A DNA stretch of 64,000 nucleotides from positions 8,079 through 72,078 of the IMG/VR virus record IMGVR_UViG_3300011112_000003. One strand, given 5' to 3'. This DNA comes from a virus. A program made the translations under genes and the position numbers. Each line of letters starts with the position of its first letter. Position 1 is the stretch's first letter. The notes under the pieces are model-generated. The model did no database searches. It worked only from the letters and a program-made list of their open reading frames with translations, and was not told the origin of the DNA. Below, in pieces: positions 1 to 9,683 of the stretch.

Positions 1-192
1 CGCCTCGAATCGGATCTTTGGATCGGTTTTATTTGGTCCATGTTTGAGCTTGAACCCGCGCCCGCGTAGGTAACGCGATACTGAAACCCGGTTCCTACCT
101 ATCTGCTCCGCGATGGCAGGGGCACGAGTACCCCGCTCAGCCAGCGCGATCATGGTTTGCTGCTCTTCGAGTGTGAATGCATATCCGCCCAT
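1..192 (-). CDS. Partial ORF (runs off window): N-terminal HTH, probably an HNH homing endonuclease
   Basis: Manual translation from ATG 192: MGGYAFTLEEQQTMIALAERGTRAPAIAEQIGRNRVSVSRYLRGRG...DPKIRFEA. HTH pattern followed by an 'xxRFxxK'-like start typical of phage HNH proteins; the catalytic part is not in the window. Confidence 0.5.
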   Translation of the reverse strand, partial: MGGYAFTLEEQQTMIALAERGTRAPAIAEQIGRNRVSVSRYLRGRGFKLKHGPNKTDPKIRFEA

Positions 193-235
193 ATAGGCGC
201 TGTAGCACAGGTATTACGAAGTAACCAACAAGTTA

Positions 236-1351
236 CTACGCCACAATCATCCCGATCCCCTTATAAAAGCGCCGCAGCTTGGGGATCTGCTCTTTGATTT
301 GCTTGGAGTACTGAATGATGCGGGCGCCGTACCCGGCGTTCGTTGCCGACGACGTGGTGCCGATGGTCTGGCTCAAGCCGTCTAGTGAGAGGCTCAGGTT
401 TGCAATGCCCGCGCCCGCGATGAGATCCCCGAATATCGAGAAAGGCCCGAGCGCCGCGAACATACCGATCAGATCGACGATGTTGCGGGGCACCTTGCCT
501 GACTCGAAACCCGCGACAGTTGTCAGCCTGAACAACTGAGGCAGGTAGTCGAGCCCGTTGTAGATGCCAGGTAGGAAGCTGCCCCCCGCGCCCACCAGCA
601 CCTCGGTGAGTGTGCCTGCCGTGGGCACGATCTGGATCTGCCCCGCCGCCGGGTTGATGCGGAGCCATTCGTTGGGGAATATCACGACATTTTGACCCGA
701 CGGGTACTGCACCGCGAACTCGTCGACACAGATGAGTGGATAGTTGTCGAGCTGGATGAAGTCGAACGCCTGGTAGTCGCCGCGGTAGTAGTCGTGCAGC
801 TCACTGAACGATGTCGGCAAGATCGGTATGTCCAACTCATGCTCGAACCATCGGATCGCCGACAGGATATAGTGTTGGAATGTAGCGTCCGTCAGGGGCG
901 TCCCAGTGTTGTCTGTGATATCCACGCCAAAGAAGTAGCGGGCTTTCAGTTGCTCGACGGTGAGGATCCCCAGTAGCGCTAGGCCGAGCCCCTCGATGGC
1001 GACAGAGGGCTGCGTGAGCCGCGTCTCGCCCGCGATGGTGCCGATGTAGCGGAAACGGTACTGGAAGGTCTCATCGCCGCGACGGTCGTAGAACTCCATC
1101 ACGGGCTGATCGGACTTGAGCACAATGCGCTCGGAGGGAACGCTGATCTCCAGGAAGCTCAGGCCTCCATCCGTGCTGCGCTCAACCACCAAACGCTCGT
1201 AGCCCGCCTCAACCACCGCTGCGATATTGTCATCGGTTGTGGTCAGCCGGATGACCGAACCCAGCGCTTGTGCGTTGACGCCAGGGTTGGCACCCTCCGC
1301 CAAATCGATGGGGATCGAGTTCTGCTGGCCGAGTGTAGACGCGATGGACAC
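236..1351 (-). CDS. Head-tail connector/neck protein
   Basis: 371 aa; 'ILSAIRWFEHELDIPI', 'FIQLDNYPLICVD', 'LSLSLDGLSQTIGTTSSATNAGYGARI' resemble myovirus neck proteins; position downstream of MCP. Confidence 0.7.
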   Translation of the reverse strand: MSIASTLGQQNSIPIDLAEGANPGVNAQALGSVIRLTTTDDNIAAVVEAGYERLVVERSTDGGLSFLEISVPSERIVLKSDQPVMEFYDRRGDETFQYRFRYIGTIAGETRLTQPSVAIEGLGLALLGILTVEQLKARYFFGVDITDNTGTPLTDATFQHYILSAIRWFEHELDIPILPTSFSELHDYYRGDYQAFDFIQLDNYPLICVDEFAVQYPSGQNVVIFPNEWLRINPAAGQIQIVPTAGTLTEVLVGAGGSFLPGIYNGLDYLPQLFRLTTVAGFESGKVPRNIVDLIGMFAALGPFSIFGDLIAGAGIANLSLSLDGLSQTIGTTSSATNAGYGARIIQYSKQIKEQIPKLRRFYKGIGMIVA

Positions 1352-1367
1352 CTCGGGCAGCGTACCC

Positions 1368-1814
1368 CTACATCACCGGGACGTCGATGCCATCAAGTAT
1401 GTCACGGCCCGCCTGCTGGTTCTTCAGAGCCTTCTTCTTCACCCGCTCGAACCTGCGGATGCGTGCGGTGCCTCCGGCGCTCCTGGGCAGCCTGTCGACG
1501 GCGCGGTAGGCCAAATCGGAGGCCCGCTGTTCATAGAATCCGTTTCGCACTTTGATAACCGCGTCTGAAGTCGTCTGCGCTTGCTCCTGGATGGGCGCAA
1601 TCATCGTGACGACTTCCGCCTTTTTGATAGGGTCCTCGTGTGCGGGCAGCTGTGCATGGGCAGTCGAGCTGGTGTTGTGTTTCACGAGGTCGTCTGCCTT
1701 CAACAGGGTTCCCGTGAAAGTCATCAGGGTCACCATCCCGAGGATGATGAAGCCGATAACTCCCACGGCAGTCTTCCAGGACATCGAGACTCCCGTCTTG
1801 TCGACGTTGACCAT
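1368..1814 (-). CDS. Single-TM membrane protein (start uncertain, ORF extends to 2009)
   Basis: Hydrophobic segment WKTAVGVIGFIILGMVTLMTF followed by a soluble domain. Confidence 0.55.
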   Translation of the reverse strand: MVNVDKTGVSMSWKTAVGVIGFIILGMVTLMTFTGTLLKADDLVKHNTSSTAHAQLPAHEDPIKKAEVVTMIAPIQEQAQTTSDAVIKVRNGFYEQRASDLAYRAVDRLPRSAGGTARIRRFERVKKKALKNQQAGRDILDGIDVPVM

Positions 1815-2054
1815 TGTGGGACGGCTGTCGCCCGGTGGCGGGTTCGAGTGGGCGTCGGTGGATGAATCATGTGCTGACACTGCTGTGACCTCCGTCACAA
1901 GCCTAAACTGGGTGCCCTGCATTGGCCAAGTGCCCTGAGCCCTCTTGTCACCCCGCGGGGTGACAATCCGCCCTCGAAAGCTAGCATGCGGGGGATCCCT
2001 CACTATCAACGAAGGGCGTTGGGTAAGCTGCCCAGGGTCGGGCTCCCGGTTAGG

Positions 2055-2495
2055 TTACCGTGCCGCCTTCGAGATCTCCGGTGCGCCCCCTACCTCGAAA
2101 TCGTCTTCTGACATTTCCACGCCGACGCGCTCGACCACGACTTCGGTGCCGTCAACGTTCACCGATGTGGGCAGATCGGGCCGCTCGATCGCGTCGCCGG
2201 TCTCGACGTCGATCTCGACGTCGGGCAGCCGGTAGTAGTGTAACCCGTCGCGCCCCTTGCGTATTTCATCGAAGCTAGTGGCCATGTGGGCCTCAGGTAC
2301 GAAGTTCCGGAGCGCGATACCGTAGGCGGCGGACGGCAACACACCTGCAGACCGCCCCTCACTCGCGGGGCGGTAGCGGGACGGTCGACGCTCACGTTTG
2401 GCGCTTTCGATCTCTAGGGACTGCAGCGTGGCGTGGTCACCCCGGACGGCGTCGCGTCTGGTGGTTACGCCTTTCCTGATCTGCCTCAGTCTCAT
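2055..2495 (-). CDS. Hypothetical protein, possibly head-associated
   Basis: ATGA overlap with the stop of the 1033-aa gene; carries IRKG (x2) and ISKA motifs like other head proteins. Confidence 0.55.
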   Translation of the reverse strand: MRLRQIRKGVTTRRDAVRGDHATLQSLEIESAKRERRPSRYRPASEGRSAGVLPSAAYGIALRNFVPEAHMATSFDEIRKGRDGLHYYRLPDVEIDVETGDAIERPDLPTSVNVDGTEVVVERVGVEMSEDDFEVGGAPEISKAAR

Positions 2496-5400
2496 GGTGT
2501 GATCCCCGCGTCTGCGAGCAACGTTGCCGTGATGTTTGTCACCTGCCCCGCAGTAAGCGCGCCCGTGGTGATGCCCGCGGAGCGCACTCGCCCGGCTAGC
2601 TCGTCGCCGTTCGTGTGGTTGGCCCCCATCGTTACCTGGTCCACCGGGCCGTCCCACGTGCCCGTCTTGGTCGTCGTTCCGATCTCGACGCCATCCTCGA
2701 AAAGGAACATGTCGCTACCGTCATACAAGCCCCGGTATAGGTGGTCACCAGCGATGTCCAAGCCGGAAATAGCTACAGCCAGCTCGAGCAGCGAACCCCC
2801 CGCACGCACCGCAAAAACCAGATCGGTCCCAACCTGCGCGATGTAGGCGATGGTCTGCGCACCTGACTGGTCCCATGCGTTGATCACATGGCGGGTAGCC
2901 GAGACCTCGTCGTCGAAACTAGCGACAGCGAACAGGCTGACCACCGTAGTCGAGCCCCCCGCCCATAGGTCCGTGGCGGCGGTGCCCACCAAGTGCGTAG
3001 TGCCTAAGAAGTCCACCCAGTTGATGCCACCGATGCGGGTCAGGTCAGGGGGCGCTGCACCGGTGTCCGTAGGGTCGCAGTTGTGGTAGCGGTCGATCAG
3101 GGTCTCCACCTTCACCGAAGGCGAAGCAGCTTCCATCGCGCGGTCCGATGCCGTGATGTAGAAGGCACCCTCGGCCCCGGCAATGTCTACGAAGTCGTCG
3201 ACGCCATGCGTGAGCCCGTTGTCGGTTTCCATGTAGGTGTCCATGTCCGCGATCTCTTGTGCGGTGAGGGTCCCAGTGGCAAGCCAACAAGCACCTAGAA
3301 ACCCGTTGAAGACTAGGCCGGGAATCGTCTTTTTTCCTAGGGAGACCTCGGAGCAATCGAGAGTTAGCGTTCCAGTCTTAGGGGTACTCGCCGCGGACAC
3401 CCCGTTTACGTACACCGTAATATTCGACCCGTCGTAGTGAACCCGGTACACCTGAAGAGCACTGGGCGTGGTGGTCACATCTACGAACGACGACGAGCCC
3501 CCAGCATTCACCGACGCCCTTAGCTCGGTAGCTGAGTTAGATAGCACCCGGATGCCCGATTCATCCGCTAGTCCATCACCGAACGATACCGCCACGTCCG
3601 TGTTGCTCGGGTCCCTCCACCTAGCACTAAACCAAAGGTTGATTTCGGTCTCCCCTGAGTCCCAAAGATTCTCGGTCGCGGTGCCCTCTAGAAACTGTAC
3701 CAAACCGTCGTCGAAGTCCCCGCAAGGGATGTCGTTCAGGTAGACTATGTGGGGCTGCCGGGTAACCGTAGCCTGCGAGACGCTGCAGTTGTTCGGCCCC
3801 ACCGCATCGGTTAGCTCCGCGGTATCCGGATAGGTGCCCGCTACGCGGCCGGTGAAGTCCACGCCGAACACGAACTTGTTACTAATCGAAAGCGGATACA
3901 GATCCTGATTCACCAGCTCAAGCGTGACCGCGATGCGCCGAGCGCTGATATCTCCGGACCCCACCCTGTCGGTGAATAGATCGATCAGCGGCTCGGCGCC
4001 GAACACGAAGGGTACGAGCAGGTCGCACCCGAGCGCGGTGTAGTTCTCGAAGGGTTGGAACCAGTCGGCCACCTCGTCGCCGTCAATCGTGAGCAGCGCC
4101 GTGGCGCCGCCGTCAGGGCCGCCCGAGCCCCACGTGGCCGCTGTGTCCGTCTTCAACTCCAGCGCCGCCGTAACTCGGTACTCGCCCGATAGCAGCGGCG
4201 TGGCCTGCAGCGGCTCGGCTAGGATAGTCTCAGGGCCGGCGCCGTCATTGGTGATCGGCCCGATCGCCTTGGCGGTTTGGATGACTCCCAATGCAGCCAG
4301 CGCGGCTATCTTCGCGTCGGTGTCGTCACGAACTTCGACGATCGCCGCTTGCACTTCGATTGCTGCGATGTCCCCGTCAGGCGTGAACGTGACCAGAGCG
4401 GCGCTGTAGTCCCCGGCATTAGCCAAGACGATCCCAGTCCGGTCGAACACGCTAAGCACCGAGCTAGAGCCCCCCAAAACGCCCGTCGAAATCGGCACAA
4501 ACTTTGCTTGAGCAGGGTTCGATAGGTCAGTCGCATTCCCCTTGACGATGATAGCGGTTCGCCGAGTGTTCTTTATGTCGGCGACGGCCGGGACGGTCAC
4601 CGGGTTCTCGGTAAACAGCGCACTTTCAGCAGCCGCGAGCGTGTTGTACTCTGCCTGGCCGATTGTTAGGGCAGTGCCGTTATTGGAAAAGTCCATCCAA
4701 TAGATGGCCCAGTTGTTCATCCCAACTGGCTGCAGCGTGTCTGAGCCATCGTCCCAGAAGCCAGCAGGTACATCAGTCTGGAACGTGAGGTTGAAGCCGC
4801 CTGCCTGCGTAGAGTCGATGTATGACTGGAGGAAGAATGGGACCGGGTCTTGTGCAGGGTTCGGCTGCTCGTTCGGGTTCGTGATGCTAAACGCACCATT
4901 GAGAAACGGCAGGTGTGTGGAGCCTGCAGACTTAGAAATCGTCAGGTCGGACGCGGCCGCTGTGTACTGGTTTCCCTCATTGACGGAGCCCAACTTCTTC
5001 GCATAGTCGACAAGCGCCTGGGACACATTGGCCGCGGGTTGCTGTTCGGTTGGTATGCTCGTGATGTTCGCATTGTCCACGTGGACCACGGCTTGGATGC
5101 ACGCGTTAGTACGGCGCGACACTGGGTCAGGAGCAACGTTCGTCTTGACCAGTCCTCCGTCCGGGGCAATCGCCAACGACGTGAACAACGTGGTGGCTAG
5201 GTCTAGCGGGTCCTCACCTATAAACGGCCCGAAGTCGACACGAGTCGGAGATACGGTTGGGTTGTTGGGATCGACGTGCATGGCAACGCCTGCCGCCACG
5301 TCGAACTTTGAAGGGTCTCCTCCGTTCACGGTGACCCGGCCGCCGGATATGATCCCTGTGCTGGAACTCGCGCCTACATAGAAAACCTCACCCAGTAGCG

Positions 5401-5593
5401 CGCCACTGATCGCTATCTCGGTCGCCGACTGCACGACACCGATGCCGTTAGTACCGACTATGCTGCGGAACTCTAACGCAACGCCATTCTTCTGCGCGAA
5501 GACGCCCGCTCCTCCCCCTAGGTTGGTGCCAGTGTTATCCTCACCGACTGAGGCGGGCGAGCCAAGCAGCGCTCGGGTCAGGATGGGCATCAA
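2492..5593 (-). CDS. Large virion structural protein with two C-terminal LamG/concanavalin-like domains (fibre or decoration protein)
   Basis: 1033 aa, Gly/Ala/Thr-rich; two repeats ending 'YDGS...xYxxGV...KTGT...xLG'; structural-operon context. Confidence 0.75.
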   Translation of the reverse strand: MMPILTRALLGSPASVGEDNTGTNLGGGAGVFAQKNGVALEFRSIVGTNGIGVVQSATEIAISGALLGEVFYVGASSSTGIISGGRVTVNGGDPSKFDVAAGVAMHVDPNNPTVSPTRVDFGPFIGEDPLDLATTLFTSLAIAPDGGLVKTNVAPDPVSRRTNACIQAVVHVDNANITSIPTEQQPAANVSQALVDYAKKLGSVNEGNQYTAAASDLTISKSAGSTHLPFLNGAFSITNPNEQPNPAQDPVPFFLQSYIDSTQAGGFNLTFQTDVPAGFWDDGSDTLQPVGMNNWAIYWMDFSNNGTALTIGQAEYNTLAAAESALFTENPVTVPAVADIKNTRRTAIIVKGNATDLSNPAQAKFVPISTGVLGGSSSVLSVFDRTGIVLANAGDYSAALVTFTPDGDIAAIEVQAAIVEVRDDTDAKIAALAALGVIQTAKAIGPITNDGAGPETILAEPLQATPLLSGEYRVTAALELKTDTAATWGSGGPDGGATALLTIDGDEVADWFQPFENYTALGCDLLVPFVFGAEPLIDLFTDRVGSGDISARRIAVTLELVNQDLYPLSISNKFVFGVDFTGRVAGTYPDTAELTDAVGPNNCSVSQATVTRQPHIVYLNDIPCGDFDDGLVQFLEGTATENLWDSGETEINLWFSARWRDPSNTDVAVSFGDGLADESGIRVLSNSATELRASVNAGGSSSFVDVTTTPSALQVYRVHYDGSNITVYVNGVSAASTPKTGTLTLDCSEVSLGKKTIPGLVFNGFLGACWLATGTLTAQEIADMDTYMETDNGLTHGVDDFVDIAGAEGAFYITASDRAMEAASPSVKVETLIDRYHNCDPTDTGAAPPDLTRIGGINWVDFLGTTHLVGTAATDLWAGGSTTVVSLFAVASFDDEVSATRHVINAWDQSGAQTIAYIAQVGTDLVFAVRAGGSLLELAVAISGLDIAGDHLYRGLYDGSDMFLFEDGVEIGTTTKTGTWDGPVDQVTMGANHTNGDELAGRVRSAGITTGALTAGQVTNITATLLADAGITP

Positions 5594-5964
5594 GCACCTC
5601 GGGAAATCAGCGTGATAAACAGATTGGCGCTCCCGGCGGGGCTCGCCACTGCGGCAATCCGGTCGTTGTCTCCCTTCAGGATGTTGACTTCGATACCCGC
5701 GACGCCTGTCTGCGTCATCGGGAAATGCGGTACGGAAGCTGCGATCGAAATCAGTCCGCCACCTTTCACGAACTCGCCCATCGCTACCCAGATTGTAGAC
5801 CCAACGCCCACATTTCCGATGTGCAGAAGATAGCGGCCCGGAGGGAATGCGCCGTCATCGTCGGTCGTCTGCGAAGCGACGTCGGCCACAGCGAGCAAAC
5901 GCGTCGCACCAATCGTTGCCGCGTAGAACGCGATATCGTCATCGCCTCTATGTGCGTCACCCAT
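5590..5964 (-). CDS. Small virion structural protein
   Basis: 124 aa; similar to the adjacent 127-aa ORF (FYA..IG, PGRYxL, WVxxG, LxITxIS). Confidence 0.6.
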   Translation of the reverse strand: MGDAHRGDDDIAFYAATIGATRLLAVADVASQTTDDDGAFPPGRYLLHIGNVGVGSTIWVAMGEFVKGGGLISIAASVPHFPMTQTGVAGIEVNILKGDNDRIAAVASPAGSANLFITLISRGA

Positions 5965-6340
5965 CGGCTGAAATCCTTGTGATCACCACATCGACGGTGC
6001 CCGCATTCGTGATGAACGTGAGCCCGTCGGATGCTGTGAATCCCCGGACATTCCCCTGCCCGGGCGGACGCGCGATGAAGATCGGTTTGAAACGCGGATT
6101 CTCAAGCAAGTCGATCGGCGTGTTGGGCGCGGCCGCCTGCGCGTTCTGCAGGTTTGCATGCGGCCCCTGACGTACCCACAGCGCCGTGGCACCCCCCGCG
6201 ACATTCAGCGTGCTGAGACGGTACCGCCCCGGCGCTAGAGCTGCTGGCAGCCCCGCCGAGACGGCACTCGCACTGACGACGATGCTATCCCCGATGCGCT
6301 CCGCGTAGAAATGCTTTAGATCGTCGCCATTCGCGGCCAT
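5957..6340 (-). CDS. Small virion structural protein (paralog of 5590..5964)
   Basis: 127 aa; 'HFYAERIG', 'PGRYRL', 'WVRQG', 'VITRIS'. Confidence 0.6.
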   Translation of the reverse strand: MAANGDDLKHFYAERIGDSIVVSASAVSAGLPAALAPGRYRLSTLNVAGGATALWVRQGPHANLQNAQAAAPNTPIDLLENPRFKPIFIARPPGQGNVRGFTASDGLTFITNAGTVDVVITRISADG

Positions 6341-6355
6341 CGCTGCCCCTTGCTG

Positions 6356-7048
6356 CTACCCGTCGGGATAGATCGCCTTGTCCAAAACCACACGAAGCTC
6401 ATCGGCGTTGAGCTTCTTCTGCGCCCCCGTCAACTCGACCTCCCATTGCTTCGCGACGCCGAGCAGCGCTGCCTTGTTCATGCCGTCCAGCTCCGGGCCC
6501 GGTACTTCACCACTCTCGCCCTCGCCCTCGCCCTCGCCCTCGCCCTCGCCACCCTCGTTGGCATCCCCCGCGGAGGTGCCCGGGCCCGGCGGTACGGGCG
6601 CGCCTGCCTCAATGGCTCGCGTGAGCTGGGCTTGCAGCGTGGTCACCTGCGCACGAAGCTCGCTCGACTCCCCGCGCAAGCGTCCGATCTCTTCGGACTT
6701 GCTCTGTACGGACAACTGCAGGTCGGCGCGCAGTGCTTCGGAGGTGCCCATCTGCCGCCTGCCCTCCGCGATGATGCCGTTGGCCTCGCCGAGCTGCGTT
6801 TGTAGCGCTTCCAGCTCACCGGGGCGCCCCGCAGCGCCCGCTTGCGCCATCGCGGCTGCCGGATCGAACGGGGACGACGCAGGGGGTGCGGCAGGCCCGC
6901 GCGCGCTGTTCGACCAGCCGGGAGTCGCTAGCAGCTGATCGGCGTGAGCCTCCTGCATTGCGAATACGCCATCGAAGTCGCCCGTATAGTTGGCGCCCTT
7001 CACGTTGACTACGACGTTCGCGAGATTCTTGTTCTGAATATTCTTCAT
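6356..7048 (-). CDS. Coiled-coil protein with C-terminal Rho-N/HeH-like helical domain
   Basis: Heptad-rich middle, GE repeat linker, C-terminal 'LDGMNKAALLGVAKQWEVEL...KKLNADELRVVL'; this type of gene often follows MCP. Confidence 0.6.
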   Translation of the reverse strand: MKNIQNKNLANVVVNVKGANYTGDFDGVFAMQEAHADQLLATPGWSNSARGPAAPPASSPFDPAAAMAQAGAAGRPGELEALQTQLGEANGIIAEGRRQMGTSEALRADLQLSVQSKSEEIGRLRGESSELRAQVTTLQAQLTRAIEAGAPVPPGPGTSAGDANEGGEGEGEGEGEGESGEVPGPELDGMNKAALLGVAKQWEVELTGAQKKLNADELRVVLDKAIYPDG

Positions 7049-7071
7049 TGAGATAGACCTTTCTTATGATC

Positions 7072-7106
7072 AAAACCGGGGCGACGAGCACGCGCCCACC
7101 GCCCCG
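7072..7106 (-). terminator. Rho-independent terminator after MCP
   Basis: Minus strand CGGGGCGGTGGGC-GCGT-GCTCGTCGCCCCG (13-bp stem with G-U pairs) followed by GTTTT. Confidence 0.7.
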
Positions 7107-7132
7107 ACTCTACCAGCGGCCTGGTCTACGAG

Positions 7133-8545
7133 CTACAGCGAGCCAGCGGCGCGACCGACGTTCTTGACCACGATGTTCTTCGCGGGCGTGTACATCTTCA
7201 CGCCACCGTAGAGCACCTGAGCCCAGCGGATGCTGGTGTCGACGGCCGCAAGCGGAATGCGGGTCATCGGCAAGAGCTGCGCCCAGCTGAATGAACGCTG
7301 GTTCTGCATGAGCACGAAGCCCGTGGACGTCCCGGGGATGTCCGCGTTGTTGTCGGTGACCACCTGGGTTGCCGCCGTGCGCGGGATGCGGATCATGAGG
7401 CGCGCGGTATTGGCTGCGCCGCCAACCTCGGACCGATAGATCTCGTAGTAGGTCGGGTTCTGCCCGTTGTCCTGGATGGTGAACGTCACCTGGTCGCCAG
7501 CCACCACGGCCACGGCGGCACTGGTCACGGGGGCGGACAGGCCAAAGCGGTTGCCCGCAACCACCTGGTAGATGTACATGCCCGCGTCAGCGACGACGAA
7601 CTGCGACAACGGGTTGGCGGCAGCGGCAGGCGCCACGATGATGCTCGGCAGGTTGGGCCGTTTGTCTGTCTTGCCCAGTCCGTTGGTGGGCGAAAGCGGG
7701 CCCTCCTGGATGAACACGTGGTCATGCAGGTTGATGCGTCCGTGCTGCCCCTGGAAGGCCGTGACGGTCGCGCCGAGCACACCGGGTGCCGGGGAGTAGG
7801 CGAAGCGCTGCCGCTCGTAGACCTGCTTGGCGAGGTCGGCGAAAGCGCCTGTCGCGAAGTAGGCATCGGTTGCGGTGCCGAAGTTCTGGCGAATGCGCAA
7901 CAGCATGTCGTTGAGCGCGTTCTCGCTGAGCGGCGCGCCGCGCAGGTCGATGACGTTGTTGGGCGCACCGTCGGTGATGAGCTTCTGGAGTCCGTCGAAC
8001 TGCTCGGGGATGAGCGTGGAGTCGCCGAAGAACAGAGCGTTCTCGTTGTTCTTCAGGAGATCCATGGTCTTGTTCATGGTCTCCATCGCGATCACGTTGC
8101 CGGTGCTCGCCCGGATGGTGTTCGCGACGTGGGTCACACGCCCGGTCACGCCGAGATACTTGATAAGCATCGTGACGCGCTCGTAGGTGCTGTCCTCTTC
8201 CTCGGGCAGATCACCTTCCCCCATGAAGCCCAGGTTGAACCTGGTCGACCCGCCCTGGCCGTAGCTCAGAAGGCGATTGAACTCCTCGACCGTATTGGTC
8301 GCGGGGATCTTCGGGATGGTCTTGAAGAGCTTGATCTCATCCATCTCGTAGGTGAGATTCTTCATCGTCCCTTCGAGGGATTCGACGCGCAGCGGGAAGC
8401 CTACGCCGGGCGCTACGCCCGGATCGTTGACGTCGTTGCCCGCGACAAGGGCTTTGCGGAGGTCCGCGATTTCGTCGCCAGCGGACGAGCCGTAGCCACT
8501 GTAATCGCGGTAGTCCTGCGCTGAAATGAATGCTCCGACTGACAT
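7133..8545 (-). CDS. Major capsid protein (Twort/A511/SPO1-like precursor)
   Basis: 470 aa; 'DLRKALVAG...PLRVESLEGTMKNLTY', 'NENALFFGDS', 'QFDGLQKLI...NVIDLRGAPLSE', 'KNIVVKNVG' match Herelleviridae-type Cps; GGAG RBS. Confidence 0.93.
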   Translation of the reverse strand: MSVGAFISAQDYRDYSGYGSSAGDEIADLRKALVAGNDVNDPGVAPGVGFPLRVESLEGTMKNLTYEMDEIKLFKTIPKIPATNTVEEFNRLLSYGQGGSTRFNLGFMGEGDLPEEEDSTYERVTMLIKYLGVTGRVTHVANTIRASTGNVIAMETMNKTMDLLKNNENALFFGDSTLIPEQFDGLQKLITDGAPNNVIDLRGAPLSENALNDMLLRIRQNFGTATDAYFATGAFADLAKQVYERQRFAYSPAPGVLGATVTAFQGQHGRINLHDHVFIQEGPLSPTNGLGKTDKRPNLPSIIVAPAAAANPLSQFVVADAGMYIYQVVAGNRFGLSAPVTSAAVAVVAGDQVTFTIQDNGQNPTYYEIYRSEVGGAANTARLMIRIPRTAATQVVTDNNADIPGTSTGFVLMQNQRSFSWAQLLPMTRIPLAAVDTSIRWAQVLYGGVKMYTPAKNIVVKNVGRAAGSL

Positions 8546-8611
8546 GGTGTATCTCCTTGGGGGGTCTCTCGCGGGTGCGTTTTCAGCGCAGGTGAATCGT
8601 TGGGGTTTGGC

Positions 8612-9664
8612 CTACTGGTAGGTCCGAGCGGCTTCGCTCTCACTGGGGTTGGCAACGTGGAAGTCGTTGACCGCCTTCAAGGTCTCTTCCGATGCCTGGT
8701 TGCCGCCTTCGAGCATGCCGACGAGTTCCGCCGTTCGCTGCCCGCCGATCTCGCGCATGCCCTTCACCAGGTTCATGTAGGTGAGCGACGCGACGATCTC
8801 GGACTTCTTCAGCGGCTCTCCGGCGCCCACGCCCGCCTCGCCCGGCATGGCCTTGGCCAAAGCCGCCGCGGCCGAGGTTGAGACCGCGCCGCGCGGTGCC
8901 TGCGGGGTGGACTCGACCAGCCCGAGGCGGTTGCCCAGCTCCTCGATGACCCGGGCCTGACTCTTCATGAGCATGCCCGTCTGGTGGACCGCCCCAGCTA
9001 GCACCCGGTTGACGCCAGCCTGGTCACCGAATCCCTTCACCAGGGTGACGTTCACAGCGTCGATCTGCGTGGCCGTGTTGGCGACGTAGGCCGTGAAGAA
9101 ATCGGTGCCGTCCATGAGCGGGCCCAACTCGGGGTCCGCGCGGTAGGTCTCGATCGACTTGGCCATCGGCTCGCCGCCGCCCGCGTCGCCCGCCTTGCCC
9201 ATCCCCTTCGGCGTGACGTCGTGGGCTCCCGGGTAGCCCATGTAGCCCTTCATCGAGCCGTTCTTGTCGTAGTGGCTCTGCGCGTGGGCGGTCATCTTGC
9301 CCACGTAGCCCTCCATGCTCTCGTCCTCGTCTTCTTCCGGCTCCGCAGTCGCCTTGCCTGACATGGCTCCGGCGAGTGTAGTGATCTGACCCGCATCCCA
9401 ACCCGCCTCTAGGAGCTTGCCGATCATCATGTTGTCGAGGGGCTTGGGCGCGGGCGCCCTGCCTCCGCCCGTGACCGCGGCAGTCTTGGCATCCTCGCCA
9501 TCAACACGACCCGAGGACTGGATGCCATTGGCGTCCACGGTACCTCCGGCGCCGCCCTTCAGGAGATCGGTCGCAGCGGCCGACTGCGCGAGCGCGTCGA
9601 GGGCATCGCCGAGGCTATCTACGGTGACGCCATCTGCGGCGGCGGGAGTCTGTGTTCCGGGCAT
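8612..9664 (-). CDS. Putative scaffold/head assembly protein
   Basis: Between protease and MCP; low complexity with several LxK[AGS] sites; likely start MPGTQTP. Confidence 0.65.
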   Translation of the reverse strand: MPGTQTPAAADGVTVDSLGDALDALAQSAAATDLLKGGAGGTVDANGIQSSGRVDGEDAKTAAVTGGGRAPAPKPLDNMMIGKLLEAGWDAGQITTLAGAMSGKATAEPEEDEDESMEGYVGKMTAHAQSHYDKNGSMKGYMGYPGAHDVTPKGMGKAGDAGGGEPMAKSIETYRADPELGPLMDGTDFFTAYVANTATQIDAVNVTLVKGFGDQAGVNRVLAGAVHQTGMLMKSQARVIEELGNRLGLVESTPQAPRGAVSTSAAAALAKAMPGEAGVGAGEPLKKSEIVASLTYMNLVKGMREIGGQRTAELVGMLEGGNQASEETLKAVNDFHVANPSESEAARTYQ

Positions 9665-9683
9665 GGTCTTCGTTCCTCTCGGG

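Noticed and set aside
6515-6550. CTCGCC hexamer repeat (also CTCAGG repeats near 16660-16690 and GD repeats at 49400-49530)
   Set aside because: In-frame low-complexity linkers (GE, PE, GD), not phase-variation or regulatory repeats.
7718-8524. 268-aa plus-strand ORF
   Set aside because: Antisense shadow of the major capsid gene.
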